Part shown: piece after piece, positions 1 through 8,872 of the stretch
How the letters are laid out: every line of letters starts with the position of its first letter
Position numbering within the stretch: position 1 is the stretch's first letter
NCBI GenBank assembly: GCA_002746295.2
Contig: NVWS02000073.1
Location: 12,953-76,952 of the forward strand
Origin: Zetaproteobacteria bacterium
GTDB lineage: Bacteria; Pseudomonadota; Zetaproteobacteria; Mariprofundales; Mariprofundaceae
DNA: 64,000 nucleotides
Direction of reading: 5' to 3'
Notes under the pieces: generated by a model
Databases searched by the model: none
What the model was told of the DNA's origin: nothing
Seen by the model: only the letters and a program-made list of their open reading frames with translations
Made by a program: the position numbers and the translations under genes

Positions 1-443
1 TCCGCTTGAGGGTACTCCACCATTAATTGTGTGAAAGCAGCATGGTTATCCGCGTTTAACAAACGTGTGCGCCAGCGTTCAACATGATGAAACTGGGCAT
101 TTTCTTGTTCTGTGCCATATTCCACATCATGCACCGTCTTTTCCAAAGCTTCTGTTTCCATGCTACGCAGCAGTTTGCCCACAAATTTAAAATGACGTTT
201 ACGCGCACTATTTTGACGAATTTTCTTCGCATCCAAGAGTGCTTTGAATAGCTCTTCGGGCAAATTCATGCGTTGAAGCTTGATGACTTCAAAATCTGCC
301 AATTTTTTACCCAAATCCAATAACGCCATGGAATCACGGCGCAATTGTGATTTGTTGGGGCGAATCACATAGCCTTCTTCATCATAACCTTCGCCATAGG
401 AAAATTCTTCATCGGTGGGTACTTGCTCATCAAATCCATTCAT
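1..443 (-). CDS. yjgA: ribosome-associated protein YjgA/DarP (DUF615), 3' end cut by window edge
   Basis: Not in the ORF track because it runs off the window. My translation of the minus strand from ATG (443-441) gives MNGFDEQVPTDEEFSYGEGYDEEGYVIRPNKSQLRRDSMALLDLGKKLADF...RKRHFKFVGKLLRSME. The acidic N-terminus, KSQLRRD and xxFVGKLLR pattern match E. coli YjgA. Confidence 0.7.
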   Translation of the reverse strand, partial: MNGFDEQVPTDEEFSYGEGYDEEGYVIRPNKSQLRRDSMALLDLGKKLADFEVIKLQRMNLPEELFKALLDAKKIRQNSARKRHFKFVGKLLRSMETEALEKTVHDVEYGTEQENAQFHHVERWRTRLLNADNHAAFTQLMVEYPQA

Positions 444-548
444 CTGCGGAAAACTATGTAATTTATTCCCATGAGGCACGCATCTTTCGCAAAAAACACT
501 TTCACCCTATGCTTAGGCTCATCTTTTTACCCTCATCGGAGCATATTC

Positions 549-815
549 ATGCATATTGATTTTTGGCAACTTCTCGCATCCATTGCGGGCATAGCATTTA
601 CATTTGGTTTTATTGATCAAATTCGCGTCACTTATAAAACACGCAATGTTCATGGTTTATCCATGATGCAATGGTTGGTTTTTTTCGCCGCCTCTGCTAT
701 TTTCACAGCCTATTACATCCATCTTGAGCAATGGTTGATGGTGGTGATTTCCATATTCGGTACGCTTTGTTGCTTGATGATTGTATCCATGATTATCAAA
801 TATAAGGAGGCATAA
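549..815 (+). CDS. SemiSWEET-like PQ-loop membrane protein (3 TM, about 88 aa)
   Basis: ORF 471..815. The internal ATG 549 is preferred (GGAG 7 nt upstream). Three hydrophobic helices and a PQ-like motif FIDQIRVTYKTRNVHGLS, with size typical of bacterial SemiSWEETs. Confidence 0.65.
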   Translation: MHIDFWQLLASIAGIAFTFGFIDQIRVTYKTRNVHGLSMMQWLVFFAASAIFTAYYIHLEQWLMVVISIFGTLCCLMIVSMIIKYKEA

Positions 816-1661
816 ATGCAGGAACGCATCGCGGTTATTTTCGATTTTGATGACACCTTAGGCCCTGATAGTACGACTGGTTTTTTAAAACATGCAGGCT
901 TACAGGATATTGAGACTTTTTGGCAAGAAGTCGGGCAAATGATGTCCGATGACTGGGATCCAGTGCCTGCCTACCTTCATCATATCATGACAGCCCATCA
1001 GGATGGTCGCATCCAAGATCTAACGCGCGATGCCTTGAAAGCATGGGGTAAGCAAGTACCTTTGTTTGATGGCGTACCCCAAGTATTTTCCCTGCTTCGT
1101 GATATTGCGTATGATGCCAACCCCCGTGTCAGCTTGGAATTTTATTTGATTAGCAGCGGTATTGGTGATGTCTTGCGGCATACATCCATTGCCCATGAAT
1201 TTACGGATATTTGGGCATCTGAATTTGATTATGATGCTCAAGACAACGCTATTGCTGCCAAAAAAATCATCAGCTTCACCGATAAAACCCGTTATATTTT
1301 TCATATTCAGAAAGGCATTATTGGTTCATCATCAAGGGGTAAACCTTTTGCTGTCAACAAGAAAGTTGCCGAAGATCAACGCCGTATTCCTTCCCAACAA
1401 ATGATTTTTGTTGGCGATGGTTATACTGACATTCCTTGTTTTTCACTCATTAAAAAAAATGGCGGGATTCCTATTGCTGTTTATGATCGCCAACACACCG
1501 AAAAATGGGGAAATGCTTTCCAGTTTGTGGCTGATGGGCGTGTGTCCAATTTATTGTCTGCCAATTATCAACAAGGCTCTGATTTAACCAACTTCCTTTC
1601 CATGGCTGTGCGTAGCATGGCGGAAAGCATTGCCCTATCGAGTAGCGGTTATCAACGATGA
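816..1661 (+). CDS. HAD-superfamily phosphatase (HAD-IB like)
   Basis: 281 aa. Motif I FDFDDT, motif II LISSG, a conserved Lys in FTDKTRY, and motif IV VGDGYTD. AAGGAGG at 803-809; the start abuts the upstream stop. Confidence 0.8.
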   Translation: MQERIAVIFDFDDTLGPDSTTGFLKHAGLQDIETFWQEVGQMMSDDWDPVPAYLHHIMTAHQDGRIQDLTRDALKAWGKQVPLFDGVPQVFSLLRDIAYDANPRVSLEFYLISSGIGDVLRHTSIAHEFTDIWASEFDYDAQDNAIAAKKIISFTDKTRYIFHIQKGIIGSSSRGKPFAVNKKVAEDQRRIPSQQMIFVGDGYTDIPCFSLIKKNGGIPIAVYDRQHTEKWGNAFQFVADGRVSNLLSANYQQGSDLTNFLSMAVRSMAESIALSSSGYQR

Positions 1662-2986
1662 AACAAACATTGGCACAACTTCAAGCAGGGCAATGGGCGA
1701 AAGCCACACACATCAAACTATCTGAAGATATTCAAACCTTCCCTCAAGAATTGTTTGAACTGACTGAAACATTGGAAGTCTTGGACTTATCCAACAATCA
1801 ACTGCATGAACTTCCCAATGATTTTTCACGTTTTCAAAAACTTCACACCCTGTTTTTATCCAACAATGTCTTTGAGGTGTTTCCCAGTGTGTTGGCTGAA
1901 CTTCCGTTATTGAGCATGATTGCTTTCAAAGCTTGTCGGATTCAACATATCCCCGACCATGCCTTTCCCAAGCCACTGCGCTGGCTTATTCTCACCAACA
2001 ACCAAATCGAAAGCATACCTTCATCCTTGGGAGACTGTTCACAATTACAGAAACTCATGCTGGCAGGCAATCGTTTGCGTGATTTACCGCAAAGCATGCA
2101 GCATTGCAGCAAGCTCGAATTATTGCGTATTTCAGCCAATCAGTTCACAACATTGCCCACATGGTTATGGACATTACCGCGACTCTCTTGGCTAGCATTT
2201 GCAGGCAACCCATGCAGCCAACACACATCTGAACAAACGCTTGTCCATATTCATTGGGATGATTTACAACAGGGGCATGTGTTGGGTGAAGGTGCATCGG
2301 GGCTTATTTCACACGCCATCTGGAGAAAAAATAAGCAAGAAGATAATGCGGTTGCTTTCAAAGCGTTCAAAGGTGAGGTGACCAGCGATGGTTTCCCCGC
2401 CGATGAGATGACCGCTGCGATTTCCATCGCTTCTCATCCGCATTTGATTGAGGTGTTGGGCAAGTTGACAGGACACCCAGAACAAACATCTGGCTTGATT
2501 TTTTCCTTGATTGGTGATGATTATCAAAACCTTGCCAAGCCACCCAGTTTAGCCTCATGTACGCGTGATATATATGCCGAAGGGCAAACTTTTACCCTCA
2601 AAGAGGTGTTGGGTATCAGCCTTGCCATTGCCTCTGCGGCTAATCATTTGCATACCCAAGGCTGGACGCACGGCGATTTATACGCCCACAACATCTTATG
2701 CAATGATGATGCCCATTGTTTATTGGGTGATTTTGGTGCTGCCAGCCCTTATCTATCTCAAAGTACAACAGAGGCTCAAGCCATTGAACGCTTGGAAGTG
2801 CGTGCTTTTGCTTGTTTACTGGAGGAGATTTTATCTCGCCTTGATGCTGAACACCGCATGGCATCGACGACACAAGTCCAACGGCTTGAACAGCTTCAAA
2901 AAGACTGTTGCCATGCCAATATCAAGCAACGCCCGCTCTTTAATCAAATACACCGCACCATTCAGAACATGCAGACAACAGTATAA
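1658..2986 (+). CDS. leucine-rich-repeat protein fused to Ser/Thr protein kinase domain
   Basis: 442 aa. The N-terminal half has about 7 LRRs (LDLSNNQLHELP, LFLSNNVFEVFP, LILTNNQIESIP, LMLAGNRLRDLP, LRISANQFTTLP). The C-terminal half has GEGASG, AFKAFK, HGDLYAHN and GDFG. ATGA overlap with the HAD gene. Confidence 0.85.
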   Translation: MKQTLAQLQAGQWAKATHIKLSEDIQTFPQELFELTETLEVLDLSNNQLHELPNDFSRFQKLHTLFLSNNVFEVFPSVLAELPLLSMIAFKACRIQHIPDHAFPKPLRWLILTNNQIESIPSSLGDCSQLQKLMLAGNRLRDLPQSMQHCSKLELLRISANQFTTLPTWLWTLPRLSWLAFAGNPCSQHTSEQTLVHIHWDDLQQGHVLGEGASGLISHAIWRKNKQEDNAVAFKAFKGEVTSDGFPADEMTAAISIASHPHLIEVLGKLTGHPEQTSGLIFSLIGDDYQNLAKPPSLASCTRDIYAEGQTFTLKEVLGISLAIASAANHLHTQGWTHGDLYAHNILCNDDAHCLLGDFGAASPYLSQSTTEAQAIERLEVRAFACLLEEILSRLDAEHRMASTTQVQRLEQLQKDCCHANIKQRPLFNQIHRTIQNMQTTV

Positions 2987-3052
2987 TAAGACCCCCAATA
3001 AAAGATTTCGAGCATAACGGGAGTTTCATGCTTAAAGCACACATAAAAAATA

Positions 3053-3466
3053 TTACTTCACAAAGATATGAATGCTCTGACTCATCGTTTTGCCATAAGA
3101 TTGATGGTGGCCATCAGCAAACTGCAAGGTTAAGGTATGCTCACCTGGTGTTAAATGTAGTGTTGTTTCCGTTTGACCTTTACCAAAATGTTTGTGTGTT
3201 GCATCTTTAGCTACCACATCACCTTTGGGTACAAAACCACCATCAATCACCACATGATGATGCCCTGTTCCATTGATCAGCTCTCCAGCCTTGTGAACCT
3301 TCATACCATCCACTGACATGACAATATGCACATCTTGTCCCACGTTTGCCCCATCCTGTGGCATCACAAAAGCAACGCCTGCTGCAAACACTGAGCTTGC
3401 CCCCAGCAGCATCACTGCTGCCGCAGATACTTTAACCATACGCTTGATTACTTTGCTTTGATTCAT
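3053..3466 (-). CDS. secreted DUF4399-like His-rich protein
   Basis: 137 aa. Signal peptide MVKVSAAAVMLLGASSVFA, then a GTGHHHVVIDGG motif as in the DUF4399 family. Confidence 0.6.
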   Translation of the reverse strand: MNQSKVIKRMVKVSAAAVMLLGASSVFAAGVAFVMPQDGANVGQDVHIVMSVDGMKVHKAGELINGTGHHHVVIDGGFVPKGDVVAKDATHKHFGKGQTETTLHLTPGEHTLTLQFADGHHQSYGKTMSQSIHIFVK

Positions 3467-3538
3467 ATTGAACTCTCCTTAACTGGCATAAGGTAAAGGA
3501 AGGATAGGCAAATAAAACCTTCGCCAATATCAGGGCAA

Positions 3539-4345
3539 TCAGATGCCTTCATGTTTCGATTTGCGTTTCCTAAAAGGTAAGCGCAACATCCAAAGTAAAT
3601 CATGCGTGGGTTGCTGTTGATATTCAGGCAAACCAATGGTCATAGCATTATGCCCCATGTCGGGTTGTGCGCGGTATGTCTTAAAGCAGCGATCCCACCA
3701 TGAAAAATTAAAACCATAGTTGCTGTTGGTTTCATGCACCAACACCGAATGATGAATACGATGCACATCGGGTGTAATAAACACAAGCCGCAAGAAGGCA
3801 TCCAAAGCCTTGGGTAGTTTGACATTCGCATGATTAAACATGGCCATACCATTCAGAATCATTTCAAAAAGAATCACCGCCAAGACAGGCGCACCCAAAA
3901 GCACCACCACTGATATTTTAATGAGCATGGAAAGAATGATTTCAATGGGGTGAAAACGTAAGCCCGTGGTTACATCAATATCACGATCTGCATGGTGGAC
4001 TTGATGCAAACGCCATAGCCAAGGCACACGGTGAAACAACAGATGTTGTCCATAAATCACCCCATCCAATATCACCACTGCCAACAGCACCGTCCAAATA
4101 TCATCGAGTTGCAGCATTGGCAACAAACCAACATGATGATGTTGCGCCCATAATGCTGCACCCACCGCACCCACAGGGAATAAAACCCGAACAAGCACTG
4201 TATTCAACACCACCAAGCCAAGGTTGGCAGACCAACGGCTTCGTCCAAAGCGTAGTTTTTTCTTGGATATCAGGGCTTCAAGCACCATCATGCATAGAAA
4301 AATACCAAAAAATACGGTCAAACGCATTGTGGATTCGTGTTCCAT
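3539..4345 (-). CDS. sterol desaturase / fatty acid hydroxylase family membrane protein
   Basis: 268 aa. Three His boxes (HLLFH, HQVHH, HRIHH) in a multi-TM protein. Confidence 0.8.
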   Translation of the reverse strand: MEHESTMRLTVFFGIFLCMMVLEALISKKKLRFGRSRWSANLGLVVLNTVLVRVLFPVGAVGAALWAQHHHVGLLPMLQLDDIWTVLLAVVILDGVIYGQHLLFHRVPWLWRLHQVHHADRDIDVTTGLRFHPIEIILSMLIKISVVVLLGAPVLAVILFEMILNGMAMFNHANVKLPKALDAFLRLVFITPDVHRIHHSVLVHETNSNYGFNFSWWDRCFKTYRAQPDMGHNAMTIGLPEYQQQPTHDLLWMLRLPFRKRKSKHEGI

Positions 4346-4392
4346 ATTATTTCACCTCAAATTTTATCCGCCGCACCGTAAAACCTCGTCCT

Positions 4393-5007
4393 TCAGGTCG
4401 GGGAGGATGTCAAATTTCGAATATGTGCCAAGGAACGATGAAAGTGTTGCCAATCCCATTGTTTTCCAGGATCCCACTTTCGCATCGGAGCAATATCCTG
4501 ATGCCCCACCATGCGCTCTATGGTTATATCGGGGTAACGCAACATCAATGCTCGACATAAACGCGCCGTTTCCTTGTATTGCTTGGCAGTGAATGGTCGT
4601 AATTCATCGCCAATCATTTCAATACCCATCGCATAATCGTTACAATTCTCTCGCCCCTGCCAACTTGATGATCCTGCATGCCAAGCTCGCTTATCACAAG
4701 CAACAAATTGAGTCACATCACCCTGACGGTCAACCACGAAGTGCGCTGACACCTGCACGCCTTGCAAATCATGAAAGCATGGGTGTGCAGCCATATCCAA
4801 AGAACCAAGGAAAAGCTGTTCCACATACTTCATGTCAAATTCACCCGCAGGCAAACTGATCGCATGCAATACAATCATATCAATGCTCATATCATTGGGG
4901 CGTTCGTTGTAGTGGGGGGAAGGCATAAAACGCATCTGGCAATGATGCCCACAAATTACAAGAGTTGTCACCCAAAAGAGGAATCCACACATGACAGATA
5001 CCATCAT
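4393..5007 (-). CDS. ampD: 1,6-anhydro-N-acetylmuramyl-L-alanine amidase AmpD
   Basis: PSPHYNERP...VLHAISLPAGEF...AHFVVDRQG...AWHAGSSSWQGRENCNDYAMGIEM matches E. coli AmpD. The true start is probably an internal Met (about 4935-4992), because the longest ORF overlaps the divergent neighbour. Confidence 0.85.
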   Translation of the reverse strand: MMVSVMCGFLFWVTTLVICGHHCQMRFMPSPHYNERPNDMSIDMIVLHAISLPAGEFDMKYVEQLFLGSLDMAAHPCFHDLQGVQVSAHFVVDRQGDVTQFVACDKRAWHAGSSSWQGRENCNDYAMGIEMIGDELRPFTAKQYKETARLCRALMLRYPDITIERMVGHQDIAPMRKWDPGKQWDWQHFHRSLAHIRNLTSSPT

Positions 5008-5662
5008 CGGACTTATGGCAGCTTGGCTTTTATTGGCAGGCTCAGCTTATATTGCTCACAGACAAGATTTAGGGCTATCGCGTGCGATGCTCATCGCTTC
5101 CATCCGTGGTCCCATTCAATTGATTTTACTGGCTTTTATCTTGCACTGGGTCTTCGATATTACCGCTGTTTGGATGCAAATCATCTTGATTGTTAGCTTT
5201 TGCCTTTTGGCAGCGCAAACCAGTGCCTCCCACCACACCCAACCCAAACAAGCATGGCTGGCCACATCCATCGGTCTTATATGTGGCTGCGCCGTGAGTT
5301 TACCTTGGCTCGCTTGGACAGGGGCGATTGATAGCGACAGCCGCGCACTGATTCCATTGGCGAGTATGGTGGCTGCCAATGGTATGAATGCTGTTTCCAT
5401 GATGTTTGAACGTATCAAACAAGGTGGTAATGCTGGCGATGGTATGCGTATTGCTTTGATTCCAACCGTTGATACGTTAAAAGTCGTCGGTTTGGTGCAT
5501 ATGCCGGGTGTTTTCGTTGGCATGGTCTTGGCAGGCAGCCCACCCATGCAGGCTGCTGCGGCACAATTGACTGTTCTTTATATGATTATCGCTTCGAGTT
5601 TTACCGCTTGCATGGTGACTTTTTTGTTGATGAATCATTGGCTAAAGAGGCTTGTAAAATAA
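4991..5662 (+). CDS. UPF0014 / FetB(YbbM)-like ABC-type permease
   Basis: 223 aa polytopic membrane protein. The LGLSRAMLIASIRGPIQLILLAFIL region resembles the YbbM/FetB family. No partner ATPase gene is adjacent. Confidence 0.55.
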   Translation: MTDTIIGLMAAWLLLAGSAYIAHRQDLGLSRAMLIASIRGPIQLILLAFILHWVFDITAVWMQIILIVSFCLLAAQTSASHHTQPKQAWLATSIGLICGCAVSLPWLAWTGAIDSDSRALIPLASMVAANGMNAVSMMFERIKQGGNAGDGMRIALIPTVDTLKVVGLVHMPGVFVGMVLAGSPPMQAAAAQLTVLYMIIASSFTACMVTFLLMNHWLKRLVK

Positions 5663-5744
5663 CCCAAATGGGATTATACATGCCGATGAACGCAGGGGTG
5701 GTTTTATACGAATCACGACTATAGTGATTCAAGCATGAAACCAC

Positions 5745-5821
5745 CGTCATCCCCAAAATCTTTTATCGGGGATATATTGCTAGAAACAAAAGACCCTCGA
5801 TACCAGCCTCGGGGGGGGACG
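5745..5821. repeat. palindromic intergenic repeat, copy 1
   Basis: cgtcatccccaaaatcttttatcggggat...gaccctcgataccagcctcgggggg..gacg aligns with the copies at 11282-11350 and 19672-19748. Confidence 0.8.
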
Positions 5822-5893
5822 ATAGCGTTAATGTAGCGCTCATACTTGAACGACGAATATATTTAAAAAACTTATAAGGGGGAGGGAAAGGAG

Positions 5894-7927
5894 ATGCGTA
5901 TATTATGGATCGTGTTGATGTTTTTGTTGCCTTCATTCACTGTGGCACAAGCGGCACATGTTAAAAAATTTTTAGGGCAAGAAGATTTATCCTTGTTTTT
6001 TGATGCCGATGAACTTTATGTGGAATCTGCATCACGTTTAAAAGAAAGTATTTCTGAAGCTCCTGCCGTGGTGAATATTATCACGGCGGGTCAAATTCGT
6101 ACGTTGGGCGCTCGCAATTTGATGGATGTATTGGTGACTATTCCCGGCTTTACCGAAATTCAAGACACCAATGAAAAGGTCGTCGCTGGTCGTGGTGTAT
6201 TTGCGACAACAACACATAAATTTTTATTACTGCGCGATGGGCACCGTTTGAATGAACCGATGTTTGAAGAAATCATGCCAGCCAATGCGATTTCTTTGGT
6301 CAGTATCAAGCGTATTGAAATTTTGCGTGGACCTGGCGCAAGTTTATATGGCAATGCTGCATTTTTAGGTGTCATCAATATCATTACTTTGGATGCGAAT
6401 GCGCCTTCTCAGGCATCGGTCGTGGTGGGTAATTTTGGGCAGGTTGGTGCTGATTTTGTTATCAATGAAAAATTGAATCAAGATAAACAACTGTTGCTTT
6501 TTGCCAGTGTGCGCCATGCCAGTGGTGAAGTTGTGAACTTGCCTGCCAGTCAGGATATGGCTGCTAAGCCTGTCGCAGGCAGTCAAAAAGTCGGTGGTCG
6601 CCCGTTTAATTTTGATGTCGGCATGAAATATAAGCGTAAAGCCTCACTGATCGCTTTTTCTGCCAGACGTGCCGCTTACAATACACCACGATCCAATAAT
6701 GGTGCATTATTGACAGCCACAGACAAATTGGTCAAACCTATTCAGGTGTTTGAAATGCAACATTTGGATATTCAATTATCGCCTCACTGGCATGACATCC
6801 AATTTACATTACGTCATTATGCTGATCGTTCATTTTTACGCACACCACAATATGTTAAAACAGCGCGTAGTGCTTTGCCATCGGGAAAAGCGTTTGATTT
6901 GCGTATTGAATCGGCTCGGGCTGGCATCGAATACAGTGCTTCAATAAAACACGCTAAGGGCGACTTGATACTTGGTATGCAGTTAGAAAATTTTTGGCTG
7001 TTGAATTCCTCTATCAAAACCAGTTTTGCGAATCATTCAACGATGGTGGCGTTTCCAAATTTGGCTCAAGTATCCGAATGGAACGCTGCCTTGTATGCAC
7101 AAGAAAAATATCACATCACTCCGCATTTGATTGTGAATGCAGGTGTCCGTTGGGATCGTTATCAATCCTTTGGTAACGCATTGAATCCTCGCTTGGCGTT
7201 GGTTTATCATCCTTTTAATAAGTTATATATGAAGGCAATTTATGGACGTGCTTTTCAAGCCCCCAGTTATTTTTATCGCACCAAAAATAAGGGCTTGGGT
7301 TATGGCTCACCCACGGGTTTAAGCCCTGAAAAGCTGGAGAATATTCAAATCAGTGTGGAAAATACATTCCTAAACAAGACATGGTTGCGGGTGACCATGT
7401 TTCACAACCGTATTAAAAATTTAATTACACGCCCTGTCGGAGCAACAAGTTATCAAAATATCGGTGGTTTAATCACCCAAGGTATTGAAACGGAAATCAA
7501 GGTTAAATTGACCCAATCGATGGAAATATTTGCCAATCATGCGTTGACCATACCTGTTAGCAGTGGAACCGATGCGAAATTGATGGCTTCAGGGAAACTG
7601 GCGAATATACCACACGACGCTGTGACTGCGGGTGTCACTTGGAAGTCTGCCTCATCTTTATCGGGTAGTGTGTATATGAATTGGCATAGCAATATTGCAT
7701 CGCCGATTGTGGGAGCAACGGCGGCTCGATCGAATCCATCAAATACCATTCCTGCGGCGGCTTTGGTGAATATGACATTGAATGCTGATGATGTGCTGGG
7801 TGGTATGCAGGCACAGTTATCGCTGCATAACCTCTTAAACAAACGAGATTGGCGAGGTGGAACAACTCAGATCCCTTACCCACAGCAGGGGCGAAGTATT
7901 TTACTGACCCTCGGTTATCCGCTTTAA
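5894..7927 (+). CDS. TonB-dependent receptor-like outer membrane protein
   Basis: 677 aa. Signal peptide ending AQA, plug-domain motifs (APAVVNIITAGQIRTLGARNLMDVLVTIPGF, IEILRGPGASLYG), and a long beta-rich C-terminal region. GGAG upstream. Confidence 0.85.
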   Translation: MRILWIVLMFLLPSFTVAQAAHVKKFLGQEDLSLFFDADELYVESASRLKESISEAPAVVNIITAGQIRTLGARNLMDVLVTIPGFTEIQDTNEKVVAGRGVFATTTHKFLLLRDGHRLNEPMFEEIMPANAISLVSIKRIEILRGPGASLYGNAAFLGVINIITLDANAPSQASVVVGNFGQVGADFVINEKLNQDKQLLLFASVRHASGEVVNLPASQDMAAKPVAGSQKVGGRPFNFDVGMKYKRKASLIAFSARRAAYNTPRSNNGALLTATDKLVKPIQVFEMQHLDIQLSPHWHDIQFTLRHYADRSFLRTPQYVKTARSALPSGKAFDLRIESARAGIEYSASIKHAKGDLILGMQLENFWLLNSSIKTSFANHSTMVAFPNLAQVSEWNAALYAQEKYHITPHLIVNAGVRWDRYQSFGNALNPRLALVYHPFNKLYMKAIYGRAFQAPSYFYRTKNKGLGYGSPTGLSPEKLENIQISVENTFLNKTWLRVTMFHNRIKNLITRPVGATSYQNIGGLITQGIETEIKVKLTQSMEIFANHALTIPVSSGTDAKLMASGKLANIPHDAVTAGVTWKSASSLSGSVYMNWHSNIASPIVGATAARSNPSNTIPAAALVNMTLNADDVLGGMQAQLSLHNLLNKRDWRGGTTQIPYPQQGRSILLTLGYPL

Positions 7928-7945
7928 GGTCAACGCATTCATATC

Positions 7946-8872
7946 ATGCTAAAAACCTTATTTTTTTGTCTCTCGGTTTATTGTATCACCATGCTTGCAC
8001 CCATTGAATCGCAAGCAGATGGTATTGCAGTCATCAGTCATGCCAACATCAAACCTTATCAACTTGCCATTGCCGGCTTTCGTGAACAAGTCAATTTACC
8101 TCTACATGTATATGATTTGGATAACGGAGGGGAGCAGCACGGCGCAATTGCATTGGATATTCGTCAGCAACAACCCCAGCTTATCTTTGCTTTGGGTAAA
8201 TCAGCATTGAATTTTACACGCCACATGCATTTCCATGTGCCTGTCGTGTTTATATTTGTATTACACCCAAACAATGGTTCCAGTGGACATCAGAATCAGC
8301 CAAGTGAATTCGGTATTGCCATGTCGGTTGCACCAGCACAACAATTCAAAATGCTTATCAATATTGCACCAAATGTGAAAGTTATTGGTGTGGTTTATGA
8401 TCCCAAGAAAAGCGCATTCATCATTCAACAAGCTAAGGTCGCTGCCAAAAAATTAGACATTCACCTTGTCGCTATATCCGCTGGTAATCAAAAAATGGCG
8501 GCGGCTTTGATTGCTAGTGTGATGCCTAAAGTCGATGCCATGTGGATGATTCCAGATGTCACAGTGCTGACATCGACGACACTTAAACAAATGCTGCGTT
8601 TATCATTGAAATATGCTGTAGCATTGATTGGTCTAGCTCCCAAATATGTTCGCGCAGGCTGTTTATTCGCCCTTTCATTCGATAGTCGTGCTATAGGATC
8701 CCAAGCAGGAGCCATGGCAAAGAAGATATTGGTAGGTAAAAAAGTGGCGAATCAAGTACCACCCAATAGGGTACATTTCACCCTAAATAAGCAAGCAGCT
8801 AAGCAACTTGGTTTATATCTCCCTCCTTCATTGTTAAAAAAAGTCGACCATCTCTATGGAGAAAGCAAGTGA
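7946..8872 (+). CDS. periplasmic ABC_sub_bind-type (PF04392-like) binding protein
   Basis: 308 aa with a signal peptide. VIGVVYDPKKSAF...AKKLDIHLV...VDAMWMIPDVTV...LGLYLPPSLLKKVD matches the ABC transporter substrate-binding protein family pattern. Confidence 0.75.
   Translation: MLKTLFFCLSVYCITMLAPIESQADGIAVISHANIKPYQLAIAGFREQVNLPLHVYDLDNGGEQHGAIALDIRQQQPQLIFALGKSALNFTRHMHFHVPVVFIFVLHPNNGSSGHQNQPSEFGIAMSVAPAQQFKMLINIAPNVKVIGVVYDPKKSAFIIQQAKVAAKKLDIHLVAISAGNQKMAAALIASVMPKVDAMWMIPDVTVLTSTTLKQMLRLSLKYAVALIGLAPKYVRAGCLFALSFDSRAIGSQAGAMAKKILVGKKVANQVPPNRVHFTLNKQAAKQLGLYLPPSLLKKVDHLYGESK

Noticed and set aside
471-548. N-terminal 26 codons of the ORF-track version of the PQ-loop gene
   Set aside because: The extension is not membrane-like and has no ribosome-binding site. 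ATG 549 has GGAG upstream and gives the canonical size of about 88 aa.
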